Source: Tubiluchus corallicola
Lineage: Eukaryota; Animalia; Priapulida
Reading direction: 5' to 3'
NCBI GenBank assembly: GCA_030141605.1
Contig: JAQGDQ010001249.1
Location: 1 to 52,270 of the forward strand
Length of the DNA: 52,270 bases
Shown here: positions 8,579 to 18,529 of the stretch, piece after piece
Position numbering within the stretch: the stretch's first letter is position 1
Layout of the letters: each line of letters begins with the position of its first letter
Notes under the pieces: generated by a model
Told to the model about the DNA's origin: nothing
The model's input: the letters and a program-made list of their open reading frames with translations, nothing else
The model's database searches: none
Position numbers and translations under genes: made by a program

Positions 8579-10687
8579 ATGACAACAATATTAAAACCTG
8601 TTACAATAGTATTGCTATTTTTTGTTTTTGTATTGGGATGTAAAAAGAATGACGAGGCTCCTATACTTGGCAAAAAAGAAATAAAGAGCTTTGTTTTTGA
8701 GGCTAAAAATAATGGAGAAGTATTAACTGCAGATGTGGACGGAGATATTTCAGAGACTACTATTGTAGTAGCACTTCCCTTTGGTACAGACCTAAGTACA
8801 GTAAGTTTATTGACCCCTACCATAGAAGTATCAGATAAAGCCAGTGTAAGTCCTAAGAGTGGGGAAGCACAGGATTTCACAGATCCAAAAACTTACAGGG
8901 TAACTGCAGAAAATGGTAGCACACAGGATTATACTGTAACAGTTATAACAAGATCAGCGCCCTCTTTCAATGTTTTGAGCTATTATGAAGAAGACAATCG
9001 TATAGGAGCAGGTGACTTTGAGAAGCCGGATTTGTTTGAGATAAGTGATATAATAGTAGATGGTGGTTATCCTTATTCATTGAGGGTAGCAGACAAAGAA
9101 GCAGGAAGTGGCACATTAGAGGTAACGGACGGTAAAGCCACAATAGGGAGTAAGCTTTCCATTACGGATTGGAATTCTATAGATGATGAGGCTATTACTA
9201 TTGAATTAACCATAGCAGATGGTGAGTTTAGTTATAGCACAACCAAAGAGCAGTATAAGATAAGAAGTTGGCAGGATTTACAGGGGATGAAGTATGATTT
9301 AGAAGGCGATTATACCTTAGAGAATGACATATCTCTACCTGATCCTTCCACAACGGGCGGAGTTTTCCCGAAGGAGCTTCCTGCAGCAGGTTTTGATCCT
9401 GTGGGTGATGGTAATAATACATTTACAGGCTCATTTGAAGGACAGGATAATGTAATCAAAAATTTCTTTATAGATAGAGAAAATAAGGATTATGTAGGTC
9501 TGTTTGGTTATGCTGAGGATGTAATCATTGGGAATGTAGGTATAGAAGTATCAGCAAACGGAGTGAAGGGAAACGACCATGTAGGTGGTTTGGTGGGGTC
9601 TGTCCATAGAAGTGTTATTAGTGCGAGTTATGCTACGGGTGGTGATGTGACGGGGAATAACCGTGTAGGTGGTCTGGTGGGGGATAGTTATAGTGGCACT
9701 ACTATTAGCACGAGTTCCGCTACGTGTAGTGTAGTGGGAACTGAAAATAGTGTTGGTGGTCTGGTGGGACGTATTGAAAAAAGTACTATTGCTGAGAGTT
9801 CCGCTACGGGCAGTGTGGAGGGGAATTGGTATATCGGTGGTCTGGTGGGGCATATCTATAAAAGCACTATTCGTTCAAGTCGTGCTACGGGTAATGTTAG
9901 CGGAAACGGGCGTGTAGGCGGTCTAGTGGGGGATGACTATAGTCGCTCTACTATTACTGAGAGTTACGCTACGGGTAATGTGGAGGGAATTGGAGATTAT
10001 GTAGGTGGTTTGGTGGGGCGTGCCGAAAGAATTGATATTACCAAAAGTTATGCTACGGGTAGTGTGACGGGAACTGGAATTAATGCTGGCGGCTTGGTGG
10101 GTGATCTCTTTCAAAGTACTATTACCAAGAGTTATGCTACGGGTAGTGTGACGGGAGGTAGTACTCTTAGTGGTCTGGTGGGGCGTAGCATTGAGAACAC
10201 TATTACTGAGAGTTACGCTACGGGTAATGTTACGGGAGACGGGCGTATTGCAGGTTTGGTGGGGTATGCCAAAGAGGATACTATTACCAACAGTTACGCT
10301 ACAGGTAGTGTGGAGGGCAACAACCGTGTCGGTGGCCTAGTGGCGGCTAGCTATAGAAGTACTATTACCAACAGCTACGCTACAGGGCTTATAAAGGCAG
10401 GAGACGACCGTGTCGGCGGTCTGCTGGGGGTTGCCAATGGCGACGAAATTACCAACAGCTACTGGGACGTGGCTAGCACAGGAAAAAACAGCTCTGCTGG
10501 TGGCGTACAAGTAGTAGGCGTTTCCTCAGGGAGTAATTTGAAGAAGGTTGGAGAGAATAGTTATGTAGATAAAGGAAATGGCAATAATCCCGTTTTCGTT
10601 GACTGGGGGTTTGGCACAACTGATGATAAGCCTTGGGAGTGGCTGGATAATGGTTTTTGGCCTATACTGCATTGGGCGGATAATTAA
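8579..10687 (+). CDS. Surface lipoprotein, paralog 4: one DUF5018-like repeat plus GLUG domain (~11 GGLVG repeats)
   Basis: ATG 8579 (MTTILKPVTIV...VLG-C) matches the paralog starts; GLUG region nearly identical to paralog 2. -7 box TAAATTTG at 8529-8536. Confidence 0.85.
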   Translation: MTTILKPVTIVLLFFVFVLGCKKNDEAPILGKKEIKSFVFEAKNNGEVLTADVDGDISETTIVVALPFGTDLSTVSLLTPTIEVSDKASVSPKSGEAQDFTDPKTYRVTAENGSTQDYTVTVITRSAPSFNVLSYYEEDNRIGAGDFEKPDLFEISDIIVDGGYPYSLRVADKEAGSGTLEVTDGKATIGSKLSITDWNSIDDEAITIELTIADGEFSYSTTKEQYKIRSWQDLQGMKYDLEGDYTLENDISLPDPSTTGGVFPKELPAAGFDPVGDGNNTFTGSFEGQDNVIKNFFIDRENKDYVGLFGYAEDVIIGNVGIEVSANGVKGNDHVGGLVGSVHRSVISASYATGGDVTGNNRVGGLVGDSYSGTTISTSSATCSVVGTENSVGGLVGRIEKSTIAESSATGSVEGNWYIGGLVGHIYKSTIRSSRATGNVSGNGRVGGLVGDDYSRSTITESYATGNVEGIGDYVGGLVGRAERIDITKSYATGSVTGTGINAGGLVGDLFQSTITKSYATGSVTGGSTLSGLVGRSIENTITESYATGNVTGDGRIAGLVGYAKEDTITNSYATGSVEGNNRVGGLVAASYRSTITNSYATGLIKAGDDRVGGLLGVANGDEITNSYWDVASTGKNSSAGGVQVVGVSSGSNLKKVGENSYVDKGNGNNPVFVDWGFGTTDDKPWEWLDNGFWPILHWADN

Positions 10688-10731
10688 AGATACAAGGAGC
10701 AAAAGAAATAAGAGTATTGCAAAGAATATCT

Positions 10732-10767
10732 AAAACCGTACTGCAAAAAGGTAGTACGGTTTTTTTT
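10732..10767 (+). terminator. Rho-independent terminator
   Basis: AAAACCGTACTGC-loop-GTAGTACGGTTTTTTTT. Confidence 0.85.
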
Positions 10768-10929
10768 ATGTCTTTTTACATCTCTACATTTTGTAATATT
10801 TTTAAGAAAAGAAATAGTACATTTGCCTGCATAAACCAGAGGACAAAAGAAATAATTACTATAAAATTTGTATATTATTAATATAATAGTAGTTACCTTT
10901 GGACTTTAAAATGTTTTTAAAAAAGTAAA

Positions 10930-11979
10930 GTGATAAAAACGGCAATTGTAATATTAAATTGGAATGGTGAACATTATTTAAAGAAATTTTTGCCTATTCT
11001 TATACAACACACACCAAAGAAAGAAACTGCTATTTATGTAGTAGATAATGGTTCTGCTGATAATTCACTTTCTTTATTAAAGACAGAATTTCCAGAGGTC
11101 AAGTTAATTGTTTTCAAAAAGAATTATGGATTTACAGAAGGATACAACAAGGCTTTGAAGCAAATAGAAGCAGAATATTTTTTGTTGTTGAACTCAGATG
11201 TAGAGGTTACAAAAAACTGGTTACAGCCTTTGATAGATATTTTAGATAAGAATACTAATGTGGCTTGCTGTATGCCTAAGGTTTTGAGCTACGACAATAA
11301 AAAAGCATTTGAGTATGCAGGGGCAGGGGGAGGCTTTATCGACAGCTTAGGTTATCCGTTTTGTAGGGGTAGAATATTGTCTGAAATAGAAGAGGATAAG
11401 GAGCAGTATAACGATACTCGGGAAATTTTTTGGACATCAGGGGCTTGTATGTTGATAAGAGCTAAATTATTTAGACAGGCTGGGGGTTTTGATAGTAATT
11501 TTTTTGCTCATATGGAAGAAATAGACCTATGCTGGAAGTTGAAAAATATGGGATATAAGGTGCTTTTCGCTTCTCAGTCTAAGGTATATCACGTAGGAGG
11601 TGGAACTATGCCTAACAATTCGCCCCATAAGTTGTTTTTGAATTTCAGAAATGGTTTAGCCTTGTTGCATAAGAACTTGCCATCAGAGGTATTTTACAAA
11701 ACAATCTGCCTTAGGATGATACTTGACGTAATGGCTGCTATTGTATTCTTATTTACTTTGCAATTTGGGTTTTTTATGGCGGTTTTGAAGGCTCATTGGA
11801 GCTATTACAAATGGTTGCCCTATCTTAAAAAGAGAAGAAAGCTACTTTTAAAACATTCTGTGCTTACGAAACACAAGGAGATATATAAAGGGTCTATTGT
11901 TTTTGATTTTTTTGTGAAAAGAAAAAGAAAATTTAGTGCGCTAAATTTTGGTAATGTATTATCAACTGGCAGGAAATAA
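10930..11979 (+). CDS. Family 2 glycosyltransferase (WbbL-like)
   Basis: AIVILNWNG, VVDNGS.D, LLLNSD, W.SGACMLIR, FFAHMEEIDLCW motifs. Confidence 0.9.
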   Translation: MIKTAIVILNWNGEHYLKKFLPILIQHTPKKETAIYVVDNGSADNSLSLLKTEFPEVKLIVFKKNYGFTEGYNKALKQIEAEYFLLLNSDVEVTKNWLQPLIDILDKNTNVACCMPKVLSYDNKKAFEYAGAGGGFIDSLGYPFCRGRILSEIEEDKEQYNDTREIFWTSGACMLIRAKLFRQAGGFDSNFFAHMEEIDLCWKLKNMGYKVLFASQSKVYHVGGGTMPNNSPHKLFLNFRNGLALLHKNLPSEVFYKTICLRMILDVMAAIVFLFTLQFGFFMAVLKAHWSYYKWLPYLKKRRKLLLKHSVLTKHKEIYKGSIVFDFFVKRKRKFSALNFGNVLSTGRK

Positions 11980-12035
11980 TATACAATGTTAGTGTTATTC
12001 CTAAATTCTTAACTTTCTATATAAAATACCTATTG

Positions 12036-12980
12036 TTACAAGTTGTTGATTAAATGATTCGCAACTGTCGTATATAGTATTCCAACTACCATAATAAATT
12101 TTAACAATCCACTCAACCATTGGTAGTCCTTAGGATTTTTAGCATATATTAGTAAATAGATGAAATATATCATAGGAACAATAAGCCCTCCTACAAAATA
12201 TTTCAGAGTAATTTTGTCGTTGGTATAGTTAAAGTAATTATTGTATACATACAATAAAAGCACAATACAAATAAGCATAAGAGCTGTTAATATTATTTTG
12301 ATAAATATAGGTTTTAATCTTATGGCTAAGGTATTGTAACCATCTGGTATGTCATATTCTGCATCTATCATATCTTTTACTATTTCACGAATTAGAGTGA
12401 TGATAAATGAAAAAACAGCATAAGCTATTGACCAATACATTATTACATTGTAGTATATTGGAGGTATTTCATAGTTCCGGAGCATCAGTGGGTATTCAAA
12501 AAAGGCAATAAGCATAGGTACAAGAGTTATAACAAGGGCTATGACAAGGTTGCCAAGCAGCAATATCTTTTGTAAGTGAGCAGAATACCACCATAAAACA
12601 ATGGGAAGAAATATATATATGGAGATTTGCCAATAGTTTTGTGTGGTGAAGCATACTATTAGCCCAAATATAAAGCCTATAGTGTTGAAAATATAGTAAA
12701 CCTTTAAAGCTGTAGATTTACTTATCTTGGTCTTTATTTTTACCCTTTTCAAAGGGTTACGACTGTCCGTTTCATAGTCGAAAACATCGTTGATAATATA
12801 ACCTGCTGCAGCAGTAAATACAAAGGAAAAGGATAATAAGGCAAATTGTAATTCAGTAAGTTGTAGGCTTAGATTATTGAATTTGAGAATAGGGAAGTAT
12901 ATAGCAAATCGCAATAGGTATAGCAATAGCAGTATAATTAGTAAATTGAAGACTCTTATTAAAGAGAAAAAGGATAGCAT
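12036..12980 (-). CDS. UbiA-family prenyltransferase (DGGGP-synthase-like)
   Basis: Multi-TM; Asp-rich motifs GYIINDVFDYETD..N and REIVKDMIDAEYD. Confidence 0.85.
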   Translation of the reverse strand: MLSFFSLIRVFNLLIILLLLYLLRFAIYFPILKFNNLSLQLTELQFALLSFSFVFTAAAGYIINDVFDYETDSRNPLKRVKIKTKISKSTALKVYYIFNTIGFIFGLIVCFTTQNYWQISIYIFLPIVLWWYSAHLQKILLLGNLVIALVITLVPMLIAFFEYPLMLRNYEIPPIYYNVIMYWSIAYAVFSFIITLIREIVKDMIDAEYDIPDGYNTLAIRLKPIFIKIILTALMLICIVLLLYVYNNYFNYTNDKITLKYFVGGLIVPMIYFIYLLIYAKNPKDYQWLSGLLKFIMVVGILYTTVANHLINNL

Positions 12981-13041
12981 ATTTAAAAAACTTAATATCT
13001 AATACCTAAGAGCTAAAAGTTGTTTTTTTCGTTTTTAGGTA

Positions 13042-13290
13042 TTAATTGCCTACGGCTGTTCGTTTTCCAGACAATATGCCAATAATAAAAAGCAAGCCTA
13101 CAATGAAAAGTCCATATAATAAGAACTTTAAAAACAAAAGTCCTACTATAATTAATAGTGTAAGGATTAAGATGGAATACATTATAATAAGAACTTTTTT
13201 GAGTAAGTTAGAGTGATAGAAATCATCAAATAACTTTTTGAGGTATTCTTTTAAGTCAATAAATGCTTCTTCAAAAGGATTCTTTTTCAT
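13042..13290 (-). CDS. Small hypothetical membrane protein
   Basis: 82 aa with two hydrophobic segments; starts 7 bp after the argG stop. Confidence 0.55.
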   Translation of the reverse strand: MKKNPFEEAFIDLKEYLKKLFDDFYHSNLLKKVLIIMYSILILTLLIIVGLLFLKFLLYGLFIVGLLFIIGILSGKRTAVGN

Positions 13291-13297
13291 AGGTCAA

Positions 13298-14488
13298 TTA
13301 TTTTTTATTTACAAAGTTATAAATTTTCATTTGATTGCTCAATACGTTGATGAAACCTTTTACATCGTCGGCTGTCCAAGTCTTATTTTCCTCCCCATAT
13401 TCGCCAAAAGCATTGTTCATCAAATCGTACTTTGATTCTATGCCGATGATATCAAAGTGGTAAGGACGTAGAGCAATATTTACTTTACCTGTAACATTTT
13501 GCTGCGAGTCTTCTAAAAATTTTTCTATATTTCTCATTACAGGCTCAAGGTATTGAGCTTCGTGCAGAAACATACCATACCACGTAGAAAGTTGTTCTTT
13601 CCAATACTGTTGCCACTTGGTTAGTGTGTGTTTTTCCAACGTGTGGTGTGCCTTAATGATAAGCAGTGGGGCAGCAGCTTCAAAAGCCACACGTCCTTTG
13701 ATACCTATTATTGTATCGCCAATGTGCATATCCCTACCAATAGCATAAGTAGAACCTATTTCCTCTATTTTTTTAATAGCATTTACAGGGTTTTTATAGA
13801 TTTTGCCATTTACGGCTTTTACAGTTCCTTTTTCAAATTCTATTTCTAAGGTAGTAGTATCTTGTTTTTTCAATTGGCTGGGATAGGCCTCTTCGGGGAT
13901 GGTTTTATCAGAAGTTAAAGTCTCTTTGCCGCCTATGCTCGTTCCCCATATTCCCTTGTTGATGGAGTATTCTAATTTAGTCCAGTCTTCTTCTATACCA
14001 CGTTTCTTTAAATAATTAATTTCATATTCGCGACTCAAGACCATATCGCGCGTAGGAGTAATTATTTCTATTTCGGGAGCCAGTATGTTGAAAGTGAGGT
14101 CAAAACGCACTTGGTCGTTACCTGCACCTGTGCTACCGTGGGCTACATATTTAGCACCTATTTTCTTAGCATATTCAATAATGGCTATAGCCTGAAATAC
14201 TCTTTCGGAACTTACGGATATAGGATAAGTATTATTTCTCAATACATTGCCATATATCATATACCTAATGCCCTTGTCGTAATATACATCTGTAATGTCT
14301 AAATTTTTATGCTCTGTTGCTCCCAGTTTATAGGCTTTTTCTTCTACATTTTTTAGTTCCTTTTCATCAAAGCCTCCTGTATTGGCAAGGGCAGTATATA
14401 CCTCGTAGCCTTTTTCTTCTGATAGGTACTTTACACAAAACGAGGTATCTAAACCTCCACTATATGCCAAAACTAACTTTTCTTTCAT
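13298..14488 (-). CDS. argG: Argininosuccinate synthase
   Basis: VLAYSGGLDTS and HGSTGAGNDQVRF signatures. Confidence 0.97.
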   Translation of the reverse strand: MKEKLVLAYSGGLDTSFCVKYLSEEKGYEVYTALANTGGFDEKELKNVEEKAYKLGATEHKNLDITDVYYDKGIRYMIYGNVLRNNTYPISVSSERVFQAIAIIEYAKKIGAKYVAHGSTGAGNDQVRFDLTFNILAPEIEIITPTRDMVLSREYEINYLKKRGIEEDWTKLEYSINKGIWGTSIGGKETLTSDKTIPEEAYPSQLKKQDTTTLEIEFEKGTVKAVNGKIYKNPVNAIKKIEEIGSTYAIGRDMHIGDTIIGIKGRVAFEAAAPLLIIKAHHTLEKHTLTKWQQYWKEQLSTWYGMFLHEAQYLEPVMRNIEKFLEDSQQNVTGKVNIALRPYHFDIIGIESKYDLMNNAFGEYGEENKTWTADDVKGFINVLSNQMKIYNFVNKK

Positions 14489-14774
14489 TATTTATATTAC
14501 GTTTTTTGCAGTCCTAAGCTAAATAGTATTTAACACTAACTTTTTTTAGTTAAAATTGAAATTTCTTGCATTAGCTGTAAACAAAGTTATATAAAAAGAC
14601 ACAATAATACCACTAAATAATAACATATTGTCTGTTGTTGCTCTTTGTTCTCTATCATAAATAAATGGCCACTAAACTATCAGATAAAGCAATTAAAAGA
14701 ATAAAATACTGTAGGGATTTTTATTTTGTTTTTATAATCCTCTTTAAATTTAAAAATGCAGTTATACTACCGTC

Positions 14775-15431
14775 TTACTTTTTCTTTCGCCATCTCTTTT
14801 TCCACAAATATAACGATAGCATAGATTTTCTGTATAGTGTTTGGTGTATCCTTGCAAAGGATTTTTTATGTCGTTTATGTTGTTCTATTTGTTTTTTACC
14901 CCAGTTAGGGTCAAATAGCATACCTGTGCAGAGGCATTTACTTCTTTGCATACGTTCCAGAATATCGTAATTTACACAGCTTTTGCATCCTGCCCAAAAC
15001 TTATCTTCACCCGTCAGCTCCGAAAAGGTTACAGGTCGGTAACCCAAGCCCGTATTTATTTTCATCACAGCAAGGCTAGTTGTCAGTCCAAATATTTTTG
15101 CCTTAGGAAACTTCTTGCGAGAAAGCTCAAAGACTTTTTCTTTTATCTTTTTCGCCAGTCCTTTTCCTCTGTATTCTTCTATTACAATAAGCCCCGAGTT
15201 AGCAACATATTTATTGTCCTGCCAAGTTTCTATATAGCAGAAACCAGCCAGTTTTTTCCCATCAAAGGCCAACACCGCTTTCCCTTCTAGTATTTTCTCT
15301 TTGATGTAGTTGTCTGTTCGTCTGGCAATACCAGTTCCTCTTGCCTTAGATGCTTCTTCTATGGCATTATTTATTTCATCAATAAAAGAAAGGTGCTGTT
15401 TTGTAGCAACTATTGTCTTTATATCTTTCAT
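14775..15431 (-). CDS. GNAT N-acetyltransferase (Bacteroidota ArgA-like)
   Basis: RGTGIARR, GFCYIETW, YRGKGLA acetyl-CoA motif, FW.GCKSC.N; upstream of argG. -7 box TACCTTTG at 15460-15467 on the minus strand. Confidence 0.85.
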   Translation of the reverse strand: MKDIKTIVATKQHLSFIDEINNAIEEASKARGTGIARRTDNYIKEKILEGKAVLAFDGKKLAGFCYIETWQDNKYVANSGLIVIEEYRGKGLAKKIKEKVFELSRKKFPKAKIFGLTTSLAVMKINTGLGYRPVTFSELTGEDKFWAGCKSCVNYDILERMQRSKCLCTGMLFDPNWGKKQIEQHKRHKKSFARIHQTLYRKSMLSLYLWKKRWRKKK

Positions 15432-15784
15432 ACTAAAGCAAAGCTCAACAATGAAGATGCAAAGGTAGTAAAATAAACAAAGATAATTACCTTTAAATTA
15501 ACACTTACTTGCTCTTTAAATATTACTTTTGTATGTTTGTAAGAGCAATTTAGCATCTAAAAATATTTAATAGGAAAAAAACTATTGACATTCATAAGAA
15601 ACTTAGGCACAATTGCAATGAATGCTTTGTCAATTTTCACAGAAAATACGATATAGTTCTTCACAGAAATGCAGAAAAGATTATGCCTAAGAGAATAGCA
15701 GAAAGGTTACTGGGTAAATATAAATGGAGCGCTAACGAAAGCATAACCTACAAAAAGTATTTAGCTTCCAAAACTTAAAGACCG

Positions 15785-17080
15785 ATGGATTATAGAGGAA
15801 AGAAAGTAGCTTTTCATACACTGGGGTGCAAACTCAATTTTTCAGAGACTTCTACCATTGGACGTTTATTTATGGAGCAAGGCTTTCAAAAAGTAAAATT
15901 CAGCGACGCTGCTGATGTGTATGTTATTAACACCTGCTCCGTTACCAATGTGGCAGATAAAAAGTGTAGGCAAACCATTAAGAAAGCCATAAAAACCTCC
16001 CCCAATGCTTTTATTGTAGTTACAGGTTGTTATGCACAACTAAAACCGGAAGAAATATCAAATATAGAAGGTGTAGATATAGTATTAGGCACTAATGATA
16101 AGTTTAATGCCTTGAAATTTATAGAAGATTTACAAAAAAAAGATAGGGGAGAAATACATTCTTGTAAGGTAGATGATATTAAGAAGTTTAGTCCTTCTTA
16201 TTCCATAGACGACCGAACACGCAGTTTCTTGAAGGTGCAAGATGGTTGTAGCTATTCTTGTTCTTTCTGTGCCATACCCAAAGCCAGAGGCAAAAGCCGT
16301 AATTCTAAAATAGATACTATTGTTGAAAAAGCCAATGAAATAGCTAATAATAATATAAAAGAGATAGTGCTTACAGGTATTAATATTGGTGATTTTGGAA
16401 AAAGTACAGGTGAAAAATTTATTGACCTTATTAAAGCATTGGAGCAAAATACTATTATAAAACGATATAGAATATCTTCTATTGAACCCAATTTACTTTC
16501 GGATGAAATAATAGATTTTATAGCACAATCCAAGCGTTTTGTCCCTCATTTTCACATACCATTGCAGTCAGGAGCTAATAAAATATTGGGACTAATGAAA
16601 CGTAGATACAATACTACCCTTTTTAAGCAACGCGTAGAGAGAATAAGAAAAACTCTTCCAAATGCATTTATTGGTGTGGATGTAATAGCAGGTTTTAATG
16701 GAGAAACAGAAGAAGACTTTGCTACTACTTGTCAGTTTTTAGAAGACTTGCCAATTTCAGAATTACACGTATTTACTTACTCCGAAAGAGCAGAAACAAA
16801 AGCTCTCGACATACAGCCTGTTGTGCCAATTGAGGAGAGAAGAAAACGTAGTAAAATATTACAAAATCTTTCTGACAAGAAGCAAGCCCAATTCTATCAG
16901 ACCCAGAAGAGCAATACCGTAGAGGTTCTTTTTGAAAATCAAAATTACGGAGGCAAACTATTGGGATTTTCCGATAATTATATAAGAGTAGAGCAACCCT
17001 TTAAAGAAAGTCTTAAAAATACTATTAAAAAAGTAACATTACAAAAACTTACATCAAACGGAACTTTTGTAGGCAACTAA
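15785..17080 (+). CDS. mtaB: tRNA t6A37 methylthiotransferase MtaB
   Basis: TLGCKLNFSE, INTCSVT, LKVQDGCxxxCSFC radical-SAM motif, C-terminal TRAM-like region with DNYIRV. Confidence 0.92.
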   Translation: MDYRGKKVAFHTLGCKLNFSETSTIGRLFMEQGFQKVKFSDAADVYVINTCSVTNVADKKCRQTIKKAIKTSPNAFIVVTGCYAQLKPEEISNIEGVDIVLGTNDKFNALKFIEDLQKKDRGEIHSCKVDDIKKFSPSYSIDDRTRSFLKVQDGCSYSCSFCAIPKARGKSRNSKIDTIVEKANEIANNNIKEIVLTGINIGDFGKSTGEKFIDLIKALEQNTIIKRYRISSIEPNLLSDEIIDFIAQSKRFVPHFHIPLQSGANKILGLMKRRYNTTLFKQRVERIRKTLPNAFIGVDVIAGFNGETEEDFATTCQFLEDLPISELHVFTYSERAETKALDIQPVVPIEERRKRSKILQNLSDKKQAQFYQTQKSNTVEVLFENQNYGGKLLGFSDNYIRVEQPFKESLKNTIKKVTLQKLTSNGTFVGN

Positions 17081-17209
17081 GATGCTGAAATTTATAAAAG
17101 TATCATCAATGAGTAGAAAACAAAATTGTTCTAATGTTTGTTGTAAGCAGATAATTGCCAAAGTTTAAATACATTTCTTAACTTTGCATCAGAGATAAAA
17201 TACTAAAAA

Positions 17210-18460
17210 ATGTCGAAAAATAAAGATAATACATTGCACCTCAATAGCATAGAAGAAGCCATAGAAGATATTAAGCAAGGCAAACTTATTATAGTGGTAG
17301 ATGACCAAGACCGTGAAAACGAAGGAGATTTTATTTGTGCTGCGGAGCTAATCACTCCTGAAAAAGTGAACTTTATGGCAACACACGGACGTGGGCTTAT
17401 CTGTGTTGCTATTACAGAAGACCGCTGCCAGCAGCTTGACCTTGAATTAATGGTAGGCAAAAATACCTCTTTGCACGAAACGCCTTTTACTGTATCTGTA
17501 GACCTTATTGGTGACGATTGCACTACAGGTATATCCGCTCACGATAGAGCCAAAACTATTAAAGCTCTTACCAACCCTAAAACTAAATCAGAGCAATTAG
17601 GACGTCCCGGACATATATTTCCATTAAAAGCTAAAAACAATGGAGTGCTGCGTCGTGCAGGACATACCGAAGCTGCTATTGATATCACAAGCCTTGCAGG
17701 GTTAGAAAAAGGAGGGGCTTTGGTAGAAATAATGAATGAAGATGGAACAATGGCACGTTTGCCTCAACTAATAGAGATAGCAAAAAGGTTTAACCTTAAA
17801 ATTATATCCATAGAAGACCTTATAGCTTACAGAATAAAAACGGAAAGTCTTATAATAAAAGGAGAAGATGTAAAAATGCCTACTAAAGAAGGTAATTTTA
17901 CACTTATTCCTTTTTTGCAAAAATCAACAGGAGAAGAACACATTGCTCTTATTAAGGGTAAATGGAAATCAGATGATTCTGTATTAGTGAGGGTGCATTC
18001 GTCCTGTATGACGGGGGACATATTTGGCTCATTAAGGTGCGATTGTGGAGCACAATTGCATAAAGCCATTGAAATGATAGAGAAAGAAGGAAAAGGAGTT
18101 GTTATATATATGCAGCAAGAAGGTAGAGGTATTGGGCTATTTAACAAAATAAAAGCCTACAAACTTCAAGAACAGGGAAGAGATACCGTTGAAGCAAACA
18201 TAGAGCTTGGTTTTCAAGAAGATGAAAGAGATTATGGTATAGGAGCTCAAATATTGCGTAGTCTTGATATTCACAAGATACGCCTTATTACTAACAACAA
18301 TGTGAAACGCATAGGACTGGAAGGTTACGGGCTGGAAGTGGTAGAAAGAATACCCCTTGAAATAGAGCCTACTCCATATAATAAAGATTATATGCAGGCT
18401 AAAAAAGATAAAATGGGACACAAACTTAGTTTATTTACTTATAAAGAAAATAAAAAGTAG
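17210..18460 (+). CDS. ribBA: Bifunctional DHBP synthase / GTP cyclohydrolase II
   Basis: [41 protein letters not shown]. Confidence 0.97.
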   Translation: MSKNKDNTLHLNSIEEAIEDIKQGKLIIVVDDQDRENEGDFICAAELITPEKVNFMATHGRGLICVAITEDRCQQLDLELMVGKNTSLHETPFTVSVDLIGDDCTTGISAHDRAKTIKALTNPKTKSEQLGRPGHIFPLKAKNNGVLRRAGHTEAAIDITSLAGLEKGGALVEIMNEDGTMARLPQLIEIAKRFNLKIISIEDLIAYRIKTESLIIKGEDVKMPTKEGNFTLIPFLQKSTGEEHIALIKGKWKSDDSVLVRVHSSCMTGDIFGSLRCDCGAQLHKAIEMIEKEGKGVVIYMQQEGRGIGLFNKIKAYKLQEQGRDTVEANIELGFQEDERDYGIGAQILRSLDIHKIRLITNNNVKRIGLEGYGLEVVERIPLEIEPTPYNKDYMQAKKDKMGHKLSLFTYKENKK

Positions 18461-18529
18461 CTCTTCTGTATAACAAAAGATAATAGTTCGTATTATTTTA
18501 TCATTTGATATTTTATACTATTTATATCT

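Noticed and set aside
5266-10503. Diversity-generating retroelement TR/VR pair
   Set aside because: Differences are not adenine-specific in one direction, both copies are inside full genes over >1 kb, and there is no reverse transcriptase in the window.
15574-15778. ~67-codon open frame upstream of mtaB (..HNCNECFVNFHRKY..)
   Set aside because: No convincing start and no recognisable family; could be a gene remnant but unsupported.
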